From contig JAHFFW010000013.1 in assembly GCA_023247725.1 (NCBI GenBank), positions 1,031 through 65,030 of the forward strand: a DNA stretch of 64,000 nucleotides, read 5' to 3'. The DNA comes from Candidatus Omnitrophota bacterium (lineage in GTDB: Bacteria; Omnitrophota; Gorgyraeia; Zapsychrales; JAHFFX01). The notes beneath the pieces are model-generated. The model was not told the DNA's origin, made no database searches, and saw only the letters and a list, made by a program, of their open reading frames with translations. Shown here one piece after another: positions 36,161 through 45,971 of this stretch (positions within the stretch are counted from its first letter, which is position 1; each line of letters opens with the position of its first letter). A program made the translations under genes and the position numbers.

Positions 36161-36741
36161 TGACCCTCCTTGGGAGTCGCTGGGGATGTTGCCGCCGTTT
36201 TGGGCAAGGCCCTGAATTTTAAAAAAATCTGACCCAATCGTTTTTCCAAGAATAAGCTCAAATACCCGACGGGAACCCCAATGGCGAAACCCGCCAAAAT
36301 ATCCGAAAAGTAATGCAACCCCATATAAACCCGGGTGAGGCCAATGAGGAGGGCCATAAAATAAAAAACGAAACGAAACTGCGCGTAGTGATAGCTCAAA
36401 ATAACGGCGTAAGCCATGGCGATGAGCGCGTGTCCCGACGGGAAGGAAGGATTATTTTGAAAATCCAAGGCCTGGACCCACTCGAGCGTCAATAGGGGCC
36501 GAGGGCGATGAAACCAGAGCTTGAGGCTCATGGTCACCGCATCCGCCAAAGCCCAAGCAATAACAAAGACAATGACGGAGAAGCGCACCTTGCGTTCTTT
36601 GATAAAAAAAATTCCCACAAATACAAGAATGACGACAATCCAAAAGGACAAATCCGTCGCCTGCAAAACAAAGGCATCGAGGAAATCGCTGCGCAACGTC
36701 CGGTTAAAAAAGTACAAAATTCTTTCATCCAGATGATTCAT
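36157..36741 (-). CDS. PAP2-family phosphatase
   Basis: KLWFHRPRP, PSGHA and GLHYFSD motifs. Confidence 0.8.
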   Translation of the reverse strand: MNHLDERILYFFNRTLRSDFLDAFVLQATDLSFWIVVILVFVGIFFIKERKVRFSVIVFVIAWALADAVTMSLKLWFHRPRPLLTLEWVQALDFQNNPSFPSGHALIAMAYAVILSYHYAQFRFVFYFMALLIGLTRVYMGLHYFSDILAGFAIGVPVGYLSLFLEKRLGQIFLKFRALPKTAATSPATPKEGH

Positions 36742-36824
36742 GGAATGTCAAAAAAATTTCCCGTTTGTACCAAATCAAGGCACGCAGCATCGTTTTCTCC
36801 TACTCAATTATTCCCTGATCTCCA

Positions 36825-37517
36825 CTACTTGATCACTTCCCCTTTCAAAATTTCCGGGATGGGCGAAGCATCAATCCTGATCCCACCGTCATGCTCGATC
36901 TTGAGCGTATACACCATGCCGGGAATAAACCGGGTGCCCGGCGCTTCAATCTGGGCGTTCTTGACTCCCTGCTTGCGGGCATATTTCGGATCAAGGGCCA
37001 GCCTCCAAAAATTTTGCCAGAACTCTTTTTCAAATGCCGTCGGGGCGTCTCCAATTTTATAACCTTCGGGGATTTCCTCGAAACGATTGATGTCGAATTC
37101 CTCCGTGTTGGGACCATCGAGGACAAAGGCCTTCCAAAAGACATACGCGCTTTTGCCTTTGAGCCGATCCCCGTAACGGATGTATTGATCCGCAAAGCGA
37201 ACGACCAGCGATTGAAATTGGATAAGGTTCCCATGGAAGCGGAAAATCTTTGGCGTTAACGCCTGGCCTTGCCCATCATATTCCAAAAATTTCAAGGTCG
37301 TTATTTCCCCGGAGGACTCCGGATCTTTGGCGACATCCGTGACGATCGCCTCGGCGATGCGGGATTCTCCCTCCAAGCGGGCGATGATTTCTTTGAGGAT
37401 TTTCTTTTCTAAAACCCAATGTCCGTAAAATCGGTACGCCTGAAATCCCGCGAAGGCCACAGCGCCCAGGACCAGCAAAGAAAAAATACTAAACGGACGA
37501 ATTCTCGCCATTGTCAT
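36825..37517 (-). CDS. Hypothetical membrane-anchored protein
   Basis: Signal-anchor MTMARIRPFSIFSLLVLGAVAFAG; no family recognised. Confidence 0.5.
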   Translation of the reverse strand: MTMARIRPFSIFSLLVLGAVAFAGFQAYRFYGHWVLEKKILKEIIARLEGESRIAEAIVTDVAKDPESSGEITTLKFLEYDGQGQALTPKIFRFHGNLIQFQSLVVRFADQYIRYGDRLKGKSAYVFWKAFVLDGPNTEEFDINRFEEIPEGYKIGDAPTAFEKEFWQNFWRLALDPKYARKQGVKNAQIEAPGTRFIPGMVYTLKIEHDGGIRIDASPIPEILKGEVIK

Positions 37518-37771
37518 CTCCCCATCCCTTTAAAATACGCCCGGCGGCGGCATGGGCACATGCTTGATCAAATTGAAGGCTGAAGCAGCCAACTGAAAAG
37601 GCAAGGTGAGAAGCGAACAGCCGGTTGACAGCATGAGCCCAATGACAACCACGACCGCCCAGATAATTTTTCGGTGAGGCAAGTGAACCCCTTTCTTTTT
37701 AAAAATCCTTCTTCCTTTGAGATTTTATCTTTCGCTTAATTTGTGAATAGTCGAAGGGTTGATTAGTTGAT

Positions 37772-39847
37772 TCATTCGGTTTTGATATACATCATCGACT
37801 CCAGGGCATCCTCTCCCACAAAGCGCATCCAGGAACCAATCGTCGGGAATGTCCGCAGCGCTTCCAGAAACGGAAAGACCGCTTCATCGAATAAGGTTCG
37901 GCCCATCGCCGGATCCGGGGCCGGCTTAGTTTGTCCCATTTGGGCAATCATGTCTTCCATATCCTTCTTCTGTTCTTGGGCCAGATTGATCGCTTGTTCT
38001 TTGGCCTTGATTTGCAACTGCAGATCGGATTTTTGGGTCAATAGGTCCGTCGTGTCCTGGGCCTGGGCATTGGCTTCGTCAATTTGGTGTTCGAGGGATT
38101 GCATTTTTTCCTGCATGAGGTTGAGTTCGGAATTCTTTTGTTCAATGTCCTTGGTGATGTCTTCGCGGCGCTTCTTGCTGCCTTCGAGAAAGGCGCTCTG
38201 CTGGGAGACCTGATCCTGCATGAAACGCCAGCCCCATTCGGCGATCTCGCGGATCTTCACCACCAATTCGTCGAGCCGCATAAAGAACACGGAATTATTC
38301 GCCTCCGTCAAGCCAAAATTGATCGCTTTGAAATATTCGCTTTTGGCCAGAGACAGACCGGAATCCTTGGAGGTGTCGACGCATCGCTTTAAGAGATCCC
38401 GGTGGCTCGCCAGGACAAGATAATCGCCGAGATAACAATAGCCTGGTTCCATTTTGATGTTCATGGGCATGGCCATGTATTGGATCGTGGTGTTGCCATA
38501 ATCCTCATGTTGAAGCACTATATAGGGCTGAGTGCTGAGCGTCCCCAAAACTTTATCCATGGAGGCTTTATTAGCGACCTTCACAAAAAGGACAAATTGA
38601 GGGAGCGGGTATTTATCGGAGGTATCGATATTCGCCAAAAATCCTCCCGCTTCGTCGCCAAAGGCCGGAATGAGATCATGCTCGATACTGAGTTTCAGCA
38701 TATTTTCCAGGCCTTGAATCATGGCCTCGGGTGAGGGAGCAGCCTGCTCATGGGGGCTCGCGGCCGCAGACTGCCCCATCTCTTCTTTGACTCTGGCCCA
38801 GTAACTGGCTGCGTCCAGGCAACCGTTCCACTGATACCAGATAATTCCCTGGGGAACAAAATCGAGCGATCCATTGGCCTTTGGTTTGCACTCATAGAAT
38901 TTCCGTGTCGTCGCGTTCATTTTTTCTTTGTCAAACTGCAGAACCATTTTTTGCCGAATAATATCCTCATAGCTAGCCGAAAGACTCACGAATTTGAATC
39001 CAGCCAAACTGTTCCATACCTGGTCCGTCTGCTTTCGGGACATATCCCTGACCTGCGCAGGTTCTGCGGCAATCAACTTTTCCACGGACCCTTTGAACAT
39101 ATTGACGATCATCTCCAGGTTGAAGAAGCCAGTTTTATCCGCCTTATTCAAAAATTGCTTACTGACTTTTTGGAACGCCTCCTCCTGCGCCAGCGGGGAC
39201 TTTTCTTTATTGAAAACATCGATGGCCGCCTGCGCCGCTTTGGGGGTAAAACCAATGACCAAAAGATCTTTGATGATCGTGTAGGCCAAACTTCCCCCGA
39301 TTTCGGGAATCTCGACGACATAAATCTTATGCCGCTTGTAGTCCTGGGCCTGAATCTGGGTATCCTTACGGAACTTGCTCAACAATCCATTCAAGAATTC
39401 CGCAACCTTCACATCGGTTCTTAAACGGGTGATCAAAAAAATATTGGAGGCCGCCTCCTTGATCGTTTCCAATCCCATGGTGCTGATCTGTGTCGGATAA
39501 ACCGCGAAGACGATTTCCTGCCCAAACAATTGCTTAAACTCTTCACTGTTCAAAAATTCGCTGATTTGGGAGTGGAAGGATTGGAACATCTCAATTTGCG
39601 GATCCGGAACCTGGGTTTTTTTCATGACCTTGGCCAGATCAATCGTTTTCGCCTTTTGCCAGAACGACGAATTTTTAAATTTCTCTAGATTTTTCTCCAC
39701 ATCGACATAGCGGCTGTAGACCAATGCCCCCTGCGGCAAGATATCCGCCGCCGTCAATTGAACGGCCTGCGTTTGAAAGTAAAAAACACCGGCGGCCACG
39801 GCTGCCAGAATGATCACTCCTATCACTAAGCCTGCGGATTTTTTCAT
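37772..39847 (-). CDS. Large secreted hypothetical protein (DUF3352-like) with C-terminal coiled coil
   Basis: Signal peptide; 691 aa; coiled-coil segment (LMQEKMQSLEHQIDEANAQAQ). Confidence 0.5.
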   Translation of the reverse strand: MKKSAGLVIGVIILAAVAAGVFYFQTQAVQLTAADILPQGALVYSRYVDVEKNLEKFKNSSFWQKAKTIDLAKVMKKTQVPDPQIEMFQSFHSQISEFLNSEEFKQLFGQEIVFAVYPTQISTMGLETIKEAASNIFLITRLRTDVKVAEFLNGLLSKFRKDTQIQAQDYKRHKIYVVEIPEIGGSLAYTIIKDLLVIGFTPKAAQAAIDVFNKEKSPLAQEEAFQKVSKQFLNKADKTGFFNLEMIVNMFKGSVEKLIAAEPAQVRDMSRKQTDQVWNSLAGFKFVSLSASYEDIIRQKMVLQFDKEKMNATTRKFYECKPKANGSLDFVPQGIIWYQWNGCLDAASYWARVKEEMGQSAAASPHEQAAPSPEAMIQGLENMLKLSIEHDLIPAFGDEAGGFLANIDTSDKYPLPQFVLFVKVANKASMDKVLGTLSTQPYIVLQHEDYGNTTIQYMAMPMNIKMEPGYCYLGDYLVLASHRDLLKRCVDTSKDSGLSLAKSEYFKAINFGLTEANNSVFFMRLDELVVKIREIAEWGWRFMQDQVSQQSAFLEGSKKRREDITKDIEQKNSELNLMQEKMQSLEHQIDEANAQAQDTTDLLTQKSDLQLQIKAKEQAINLAQEQKKDMEDMIAQMGQTKPAPDPAMGRTLFDEAVFPFLEALRTFPTIGSWMRFVGEDALESMMYIKTE

Positions 39848-39956
39848 GACGAACTCCTCTTTCTTTGAACGCTGTTTAACTGGATTGCATCAAAACCATT
39901 AGCCAAAATGAGCGGCTGCCTTTGGGCAACCCCTGGCGGCCATTTTCCGACGAGCT

Positions 39957-40565
39957 TTATTGTGTTATCCCGTAGCACCCATCGCAGCGGGAAAAATCAA
40001 AATCCTCCTGCGATTGAAACGGCGGCCTCCATCCGTTATTCAAATGGACTTGAACCGTGTCCATGTCTTTCGTCCAAATCGAGTCCTGTTTTTCCAAATA
40101 GGCAAGATCCTCATCGCTGCAGTCCAGTTTTTTAACCGAGGGACAACCCTCCGACATATAAATATCATCGGCCTTATTTCCCGCCCCATAGGCATAAACG
40201 AGGTATTCTTCGCCGACCTGGAATTCATAACCGCAGACCGCGGCCATGGATCCAACCGCGACGGTACTAAGCACCAGCTTTTCGGATGTCGAACCTTTAT
40301 AAGATCGAAGGACCTGGAATTCCACATTGGCTTCCGCTTCTAACCGTTCGATCCCCATGACCTTTCCGACGAAGACCACCCGAGAACGGCGAAACTTTTC
40401 CTTGACCCTGGCAAAATCTCCCTCGCATTCACAAGCGAAAACTTGATGGATGAAACCCATCAGTGTGAACGCCACAAGGATGCCTTTCATTGGAACAAAA
40501 AAGTGATTAGATTCCGAAAAAATTTTTCGCATTGTGGTTAACGATCTCCAAAACTTCCGACTCAT
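39957..40565 (-). CDS. Secreted protein with TIMP/NTR-like N-terminal CxC module (probable start MKGILVAF at about 40490)
   Basis: Signal peptide then ACECEGDFARVKEK..VVFVGKV, resembling the mature N-terminus of TIMP/NTR OB-fold proteins. Confidence 0.4.
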   Translation of the reverse strand: MSRKFWRSLTTMRKIFSESNHFFVPMKGILVAFTLMGFIHQVFACECEGDFARVKEKFRRSRVVFVGKVMGIERLEAEANVEFQVLRSYKGSTSEKLVLSTVAVGSMAAVCGYEFQVGEEYLVYAYGAGNKADDIYMSEGCPSVKKLDCSDEDLAYLEKQDSIWTKDMDTVQVHLNNGWRPPFQSQEDFDFSRCDGCYGITQ

Positions 40566-41273
40566 GGAAATTTTTTAATTGCGCATAGGCCTTAAGAGTT
40601 CTAAAAACATCCTTCGGTGTCGCCTGGAATCCCATCCCATCGTTTTCTTGATAAAAAACCGGGCTGTCGGTTTCAATGAGAAGCCGTTCGATCGGTGCCT
40701 GCGCAATGGCTTGCCGGGATTGCGGACTGTACGCCAGACTGGGTGTGGTTGAAACAAAGTATCCGGCGGCGATGATTTCGCTTAGCACATCAACGGGTCC
40801 ACTATACCAATGAAAAACGGCCTTTTGAATGCCGGCGGCCTGGTCAATTCCAGACAATCGCGCCACGCCCCCCGGCTATGAATAACGACGGGCAAATCAA
40901 ATTCTTTGGCCATTTGTAATTGCCGATGGAAGATTTCTCTCTGTTCTTCCTTTTTAGCTGGATCCTTTTTGACCCATTTGTACCAATAATCCAATCCGGT
41001 TTCTCCAATTGCAACCGCCTCTTTCCTATGCTCTCGAATCAACTGGAATGTGACCTCGATCTGTGCCGGATCAATGTTGCCGGGATGAATTCCTAGCGCC
41101 GGATGAATCCGCGGCTGGGAAATGGTTTTGGCCAGTTCCAAATTTCTTTGACATGCCTGCAAATCCACGCTGACCGCAATGATATCCGTCACGCCCGTCG
41201 CCGCGGCTTCGGCTAGAACCGCTTCCACATTTTCTAAATGATCTAAATGAGCGTGAGTGTCGATGATTTGCAT
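40507..41273 (-). pseudogene. tatD: TatD-family metal-dependent hydrolase, frameshifted (two overlapping ORFs 40782..41273 and 40507..40866)
   Basis: N-terminal ORF carries IDTHAHLD...VIHSRGAWRDCLEL...AFKR; C-terminal ORF carries AVFHWYSG...LIETDSP; the reading frames cross in the overlap; I could not localise the indel. Confidence 0.7.
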
Positions 41274-41331
41274 CGTTGTGGCTCGTGACTTGTGGCCCGT
41301 GGCTCGTCACAGGTCACAGGCAACGAGCCAC
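41274..41331. repeat. GTGGCTCGT direct x2 plus inverted copy ACGAGCCAC, with GTCACAGGTCACAGG heptamer doublet
   Basis: Seen directly between dtd stop and tatD start. Confidence 0.4.
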
Positions 41332-41772
41332 CTACTTGGTTTCTATAACAAATGTCACCGGCCCGTCATTGATCAACTCAACGTCCATCATAGCCCGAAA
41401 GCGGCCGGTTTCGACTTTGAAGCCTTTCTTTTTTAGCTCTTCGACAAAAAGATTGTAATATTCTTCCCCTTTGAGGGGATCGGCCGCCTCATCGAAGGAA
41501 GGGCGGCGGCCCTGGGAGCAATCCCCCAAAAGCGTGAATTGCGATACGACCAAAAATTCCCCGCCCGCTTCTCGAATAGGCACATTCATTTTGCCTTCGT
41601 GATCCGCAAAGATCCTTAACTCGGCCACTTTGTCAACGATAAAATTGATATTGGCGATCGTATCCTTTTTAGCGACTCCTAAAAAAATCAAAAGCCCTTT
41701 GCGAATAGCCCCGACCGTTCCTCCCGAGACTCGCACACTCGCTTGTTTGACACGTTGGATGACGATGCGCAT
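41332..41772 (-). CDS. dtd: D-aminoacyl-tRNA deacylase
   Basis: 146 aa with SQFTLLGD motif and GPVT. Confidence 0.9.
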   Translation of the reverse strand: MRIVIQRVKQASVRVSGGTVGAIRKGLLIFLGVAKKDTIANINFIVDKVAELRIFADHEGKMNVPIREAGGEFLVVSQFTLLGDCSQGRRPSFDEAADPLKGEEYYNLFVEELKKKGFKVETGRFRAMMDVELINDGPVTFVIETK

Positions 41773-41781
41773 AAGGCTTCT

Positions 41782-42711
41782 CTATTTCTCCGCGACATCA
41801 TACGCCGCTTCGACGGTCTTCACCAAATTCACCAAGGCCTCATTGATCGGCGTCGGGATTCCATAGCTTTTGCCCTGCCGGACAATCACCCCATTCACAA
41901 AATCAATCTCGGTTTTTTTCTGGGCAAGGACATCCTGCAGCATGGAAGAAAGATTCGCCGCCGTCGCTTCGCAAACAGCTTCCACTTTCGCCAAAGGATC
42001 TTCATAAACGAGCTTGGCCTTTCCCCGCTTGGCCACTTTCACGGCTTCGGTCACGGCACCGCGGATGATTTGCGCACAACTTTCAAAGGGCATGAGTTGC
42101 CCATTTTTGAGTCGAGTGAGCGCACTGACCGGATTAATCCCACAACTGATAATGAGCCTGGACCACAGGACGCCTTTGATATTGCGAGAGATTCTGGTCT
42201 CGATATTGCTTTCATTGAAGATTTCGCGGATCTGCCGGCAGCGGACCGGAATGAACCCCTCCAGATTGCCGATCGTGGTCACGCCGGTTCCGGTATGCTG
42301 GATCAAGGCATCCTCGACGAGAAAAACCCCTTGTTCGGTGACACCGACCAACAAATTTTGGGGATCCACGACTTCGCTGATCGTTTCCACGTGGCCAAGG
42401 CCATCTTGAAGAGTTAAAAGGATCGTATCTTTTTTGATGAGTTCGCGGGCGTGCAAGATCGCTGCCTTGGTGTCGTAGGCCTTCACGCATAGGACGATCA
42501 CATCGGCTTCGCCGATATCGGAAGGTTTGGCAGTGACTGGGACTTTGGCCTGCCATTTGCCGGAGACGCCCTGACAGGAAATGCCTTGTTTATTGACAAT
42601 GCGTTCGGCCCTTTTGGGATCATGGTCGAGCAGCCACACCTCGGCGTGTTTCGATAAAAGCCCGGCGAACAAACAGCCAAGGGCCCCTGGACCGACGATC
42701 ACAGTACGCAT
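41782..42711 (-). CDS. panE: 2-dehydropantoate 2-reductase (ORF extends to 42858, but homology begins at MRTVIVGPGALG)
   Basis: N-terminal Rossmann GxGxxG, ApbA/PanE C-domain; the ORF extension is encoded by a palindromic intergenic element. Confidence 0.85.
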   Translation of the reverse strand: MRTVIVGPGALGCLFAGLLSKHAEVWLLDHDPKRAERIVNKQGISCQGVSGKWQAKVPVTAKPSDIGEADVIVLCVKAYDTKAAILHARELIKKDTILLTLQDGLGHVETISEVVDPQNLLVGVTEQGVFLVEDALIQHTGTGVTTIGNLEGFIPVRCRQIREIFNESNIETRISRNIKGVLWSRLIISCGINPVSALTRLKNGQLMPFESCAQIIRGAVTEAVKVAKRGKAKLVYEDPLAKVEAVCEATAANLSSMLQDVLAQKKTEIDFVNGVIVRQGKSYGIPTPINEALVNLVKTVEAAYDVAEK

Positions 42712-42770
42712 TGGCGCCTTACCTGTTATTAATAATTCTATGAGAACCTGTCTCCTCAATAGGCGCTTGG

Positions 42771-42852
42771 TCATTGCGATGGAGCCGAAGGCGACCAAAG
42801 CAATCGCATCCGCCGATGTTTGCGATTGCTTCGCCCTTCGGGTTCGCAATGA
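42771..42852. promoter_or_regulatory. 82-nt nested palindrome: TCATTGCGA...GCAATCGCA-N12-TGCGATTGC...TCGCAATGA with complementary GC-rich internal arms
   Basis: Seen directly in the divergent region between panE (minus) and hel308 (plus). Confidence 0.5.
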
Positions 42853-43067
42853 CGGCAAAAATGGTATTGATGAGATGGGTTCTATTTAAAAAGGTTTGCA
42901 ATGTAGGGTCATTATAAATTTCCCCTGGACGGGGGTCAAGGAGAAATCCAGTAATATTCCGGCGGAAAGAACGAGAATAAAGATTTAGGCCCAACTGTTT
43001 CTGAATTTATTTCTTGATTCATAAAATCCCGCTATGGTATTCTGCAACAATCAATTATAATTCATTC

Positions 43068-45278
43068 ATGAAACTCGAATCTGTCCTCAAAGAATACCAT
43101 TTTCCCGAGGAAGTCTCTTCCATTTTGGCAGCGACGGGAATTAAAGACCTTTATCCCCCGCAGGCCGAAGCCATTCAAAAAGGGCTCTTAGAGGGTGACA
43201 ATGTTCTGATGGCCGTGCCAACGGCGGCGGGAAAAACCCTTATGGCGGAGTTATGCATGCTCAAAAGCGTCCTGCACAAGGCCGGACGCTGCCTGTACAT
43301 TGCGCCATTAAAGGCACTCGCCAGCGAAAAGTATGAAGATTTTAAAAAAAAATACGATTCTTTTGGGATTAAAATTGGCATTGCGACCGGCGATCTCGAT
43401 AGTCCCAACAAATTCCTCAATCGCTACCAAATCCTCATTGCCACGGCGGAAAAAGTGGATTCCCTCTTGCGCTCGCGGGCCAAATGGCTTCTGGATTCCC
43501 TTTCCGTGGTGGTTCTCGATGAAATCCATTTTATCAATGACGAAGAACGCGGACCCACGCTCGAAATCCTAACCGCCCGGCTCAAACAGCTCAATCCCAA
43601 ATTACAGATCCTCGCCTTGAGCGCCACGATCAGCAATGCCAAAGAAATGGCGGGTTGGCTCAACGCAAATCTCATCACCAGCGAGTGGCGTCCCATTCCT
43701 TTGAAAGAAGGCGTCTATTTTGACGAAAAGATCACCTTCAATCACGACGGGATCAAACTCATCCGCGAAGATCCTCCCGATGAAATCAGCAAACTGGCCT
43801 CCGATACCCTAAAAGGCAAAGGCCAGGTGCTCATCTTTGTCAACAGCCGGCGTTCCGCCCAGGCGGCGAGCAAACAGGTTTCCGATTCGGTAGGGAGATT
43901 ATTGAATGAGGACGAACGCCGTCAGCTGACGGTCATTGCGAAAGACATCCTGGGTGCGACTGGCGATGCCACGAAGGTCTGCCGCAAATTGGCCGAGGTC
44001 GTTGTCTCTGGGGCCGCCTTTCACCATGCCGGACTCAAACCCCGCCAGCGGAAACTCGTCGAAGACAATTTTAAAAAAAATTTGATCAAGGTGATTTGCT
44101 CGACTCCGACGTTAGCAGCCGGCGTGAACCTCCCAGCCCGACGGGCCATCATCCGCGATTGTAAACGATTCGAAAGCGGTTTGGGGAGCGCCTACATTCC
44201 CACCTCCGAATACAAACAATGCGCCGGCCGCGCCGGACGGCCACAGTATGACGAATACGGCGAGGCTGTCCTCATCGCGAAATCCTTCTCGGAATCCAAT
44301 CTCCTTTTTGACCGCTACATCAATGCGACTCCGGAACCGATTGTTTCCAAGCTGGCCAACGAGTCTGCCCTGCGGATCCATATCCTCGCGTCCTTGGCCG
44401 GAGGATTTGTCCATGATGTCAATGGCATGTTCGATTTTATCTCCCATACCTTTCTGGCGTACCAAAAACAAACTTACAATTTGATCGAAGTCATCGGCGA
44501 CATCTTTGACTTTCTAAACCGCGAGGGATTCATCGAAAAACATGGCTTCTCTTATTCCGCCACAAGCCTGGGGGCTCTCACCTCCCGGCTTTACATCGAT
44601 CCTTTGACCGCCATGATTCTTCGGGAAGGACTAAAAAAAATGGATCTGGGAAAGTCGTTTTCCAATATCGGACTCCTGCATTTAATGACCTGCTGCCCCG
44701 ACAGCGAGCTTCTCAATGTGGGTCGAGCGGATCACGAGGAGCTCGAGGTTTTCTTATCCAGTTGTCAGGATGAACTCATTTTTAAGGAAGGCGAAACCCC
44801 GATCCTCGAAGACCTTTATGGATTTATGTCGACGCTGAAGACAACTTGGATGCTGTTGCGTTGGATCGAGGAAGAAAAGGAAGAACTCATCTGTGATTAT
44901 TTTGGAATTGGACCGGGGGATATTTACCGTCACATTGAAGCCAGCCAATGGCTCTTACATGCGGCGGTTTTGATGGCTGAGCTTTTGCGGTTTAAGAAAC
45001 TGACCTTTGTCCTCGACGATCTTCAAGAAAGGGTGCATTACGGAATCAAAGAGGAACTCCTCGAATTATGCCGGCTCAAAGGTGTGGGCCGCGTCCGGGC
45101 CCGGAATCTATTCCGCAAGGGTTTTCGCAAAATTGCGGACTTAAAATTTGCTACCGCTGAGGATTTGACCAAGATCCCGGCGATCGGCAAGGCCTTGGCT
45201 GCGGACATCCTCGATCAAGTCAGCGGCCGCCGCAAAAAAGCGCGCCTGCAGGAAGAGATTAAGGAAGCGGTGGAGTAG
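43068..45278 (+). CDS. Hel308/Ski2-like superfamily-2 DNA helicase (ORF from 43014; likely start MKLESV)
   Basis: Walker [14 protein letters not shown] box, RecA2 motifs, winged-helix, ratchet and C-terminal HhH domain ([12 protein letters not shown]) in Hel308 order. Confidence 0.85.
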   Translation: MKLESVLKEYHFPEEVSSILAATGIKDLYPPQAEAIQKGLLEGDNVLMAVPTAAGKTLMAELCMLKSVLHKAGRCLYIAPLKALASEKYEDFKKKYDSFGIKIGIATGDLDSPNKFLNRYQILIATAEKVDSLLRSRAKWLLDSLSVVVLDEIHFINDEERGPTLEILTARLKQLNPKLQILALSATISNAKEMAGWLNANLITSEWRPIPLKEGVYFDEKITFNHDGIKLIREDPPDEISKLASDTLKGKGQVLIFVNSRRSAQAASKQVSDSVGRLLNEDERRQLTVIAKDILGATGDATKVCRKLAEVVVSGAAFHHAGLKPRQRKLVEDNFKKNLIKVICSTPTLAAGVNLPARRAIIRDCKRFESGLGSAYIPTSEYKQCAGRAGRPQYDEYGEAVLIAKSFSESNLLFDRYINATPEPIVSKLANESALRIHILASLAGGFVHDVNGMFDFISHTFLAYQKQTYNLIEVIGDIFDFLNREGFIEKHGFSYSATSLGALTSRLYIDPLTAMILREGLKKMDLGKSFSNIGLLHLMTCCPDSELLNVGRADHEELEVFLSSCQDELIFKEGETPILEDLYGFMSTLKTTWMLLRWIEEEKEELICDYFGIGPGDIYRHIEASQWLLHAAVLMAELLRFKKLTFVLDDLQERVHYGIKEELLELCRLKGVGRVRARNLFRKGFRKIADLKFATAEDLTKIPAIGKALAADILDQVSGRRKKARLQEEIKEAVE

Positions 45279-45336
45279 ACGGAGAACATTAATAATACAT
45301 TGTCAGACTCATTGCGCTCGAGCTCTTCCGAGATTT

Positions 45337-45426
45337 TATTCATAGTGCGTCCACATCCGAAGGACTTTCACAGTTCTGGCACTTCCCGGAATTTGATAAA
45401 CCAGCCGGTGATGTATGCTTCCAGTT
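45337..45426 (-). pseudogene. YoeB/Txe-type toxin remnant (C-terminal about 28 codons only)
   Basis: Frame downstream of the antitoxin encodes ..IHHRLVYQIPGSARTVKVLRMWTHYE-stop, matching the YoeB C-terminus (EHRLVY...CRYHY), preceded by an in-frame stop and with no room for the N-terminal about 55 aa. Confidence 0.5.
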
Positions 45427-45668
45427 TACCACTGGAGGGTTTTGCTGCACTGTGACACGGGGATTTTAAGACCTTTCTGGATAGATTTGCGCATTCCGGG
45501 GATGGCTAACAGATACAGGGTCTCTTGGATGGCGCGCCAATCTTCGGCGGAAACAAGGACGGCGTCGTTGCGCTTTCCCGTGATCTGGATGGGCTGATGG
45601 GAGTCAGCGGTCTTATCCAACAATTGATAGAGTTGAGTTCTGGCCTGACTTGCGGTGATCGTAACCAT
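45426..45668 (-). CDS. YefM/Phd-family type II antitoxin (80 aa from MVTITAS; ORF extends to 45701)
   Basis: MVTITASQARTQLYQLLDKTADSHQPIQITGKRNDAVLVSAEDWRAIQETLYLL aligns with the YefM fold. Confidence 0.75.
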   Translation of the reverse strand: MVTITASQARTQLYQLLDKTADSHQPIQITGKRNDAVLVSAEDWRAIQETLYLLAIPGMRKSIQKGLKIPVSQCSKTLQW

Positions 45669-45740
45669 TATTGAACCTCCGCCACAAACGGACCATATCA
45701 CATACGCCTGTCAATCGTTCTTTTCAGCATAGAGATGGCA

Positions 45741-45962
45741 TCAATCACAATTCCCAAAGCAGAAGCCCCTTTTTGGGAAGAGGGATGAAACAAATTTTTG
45801 AAGTCTCCCAAAACTCAGTTGGAACACCTCCCTTTGGCTGGGACGGAACTCCAACTTTGACGGACTAGGGCTATGAATGTTCGGTAGGGAGAATTTATTT
45901 TCAAAACTTAACATGAAGGCCACAACAGCAATTAAAGCCAGCCAAATAATTTTTGTTTTCAT
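45741..45962 (-). CDS. Hypothetical small secreted protein
   Basis: 73-aa ORF with N-terminal signal or TM segment; weak. Confidence 0.3.
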   Translation of the reverse strand: MKTKIIWLALIAVVAFMLSFENKFSLPNIHSPSPSKLEFRPSQREVFQLSFGRLQKFVSSLFPKRGFCFGNCD

Positions 45963-45971
45963 GAGTTTCTC

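Noticed and set aside
42712-42858. N-terminal 49-aa extension of the panE ORF (MPSLRTRRAKQ...)
   Set aside because: PanE homology begins at MRTVIVGPGALG, and the extension is encoded by the 82-nt intergenic palindrome.
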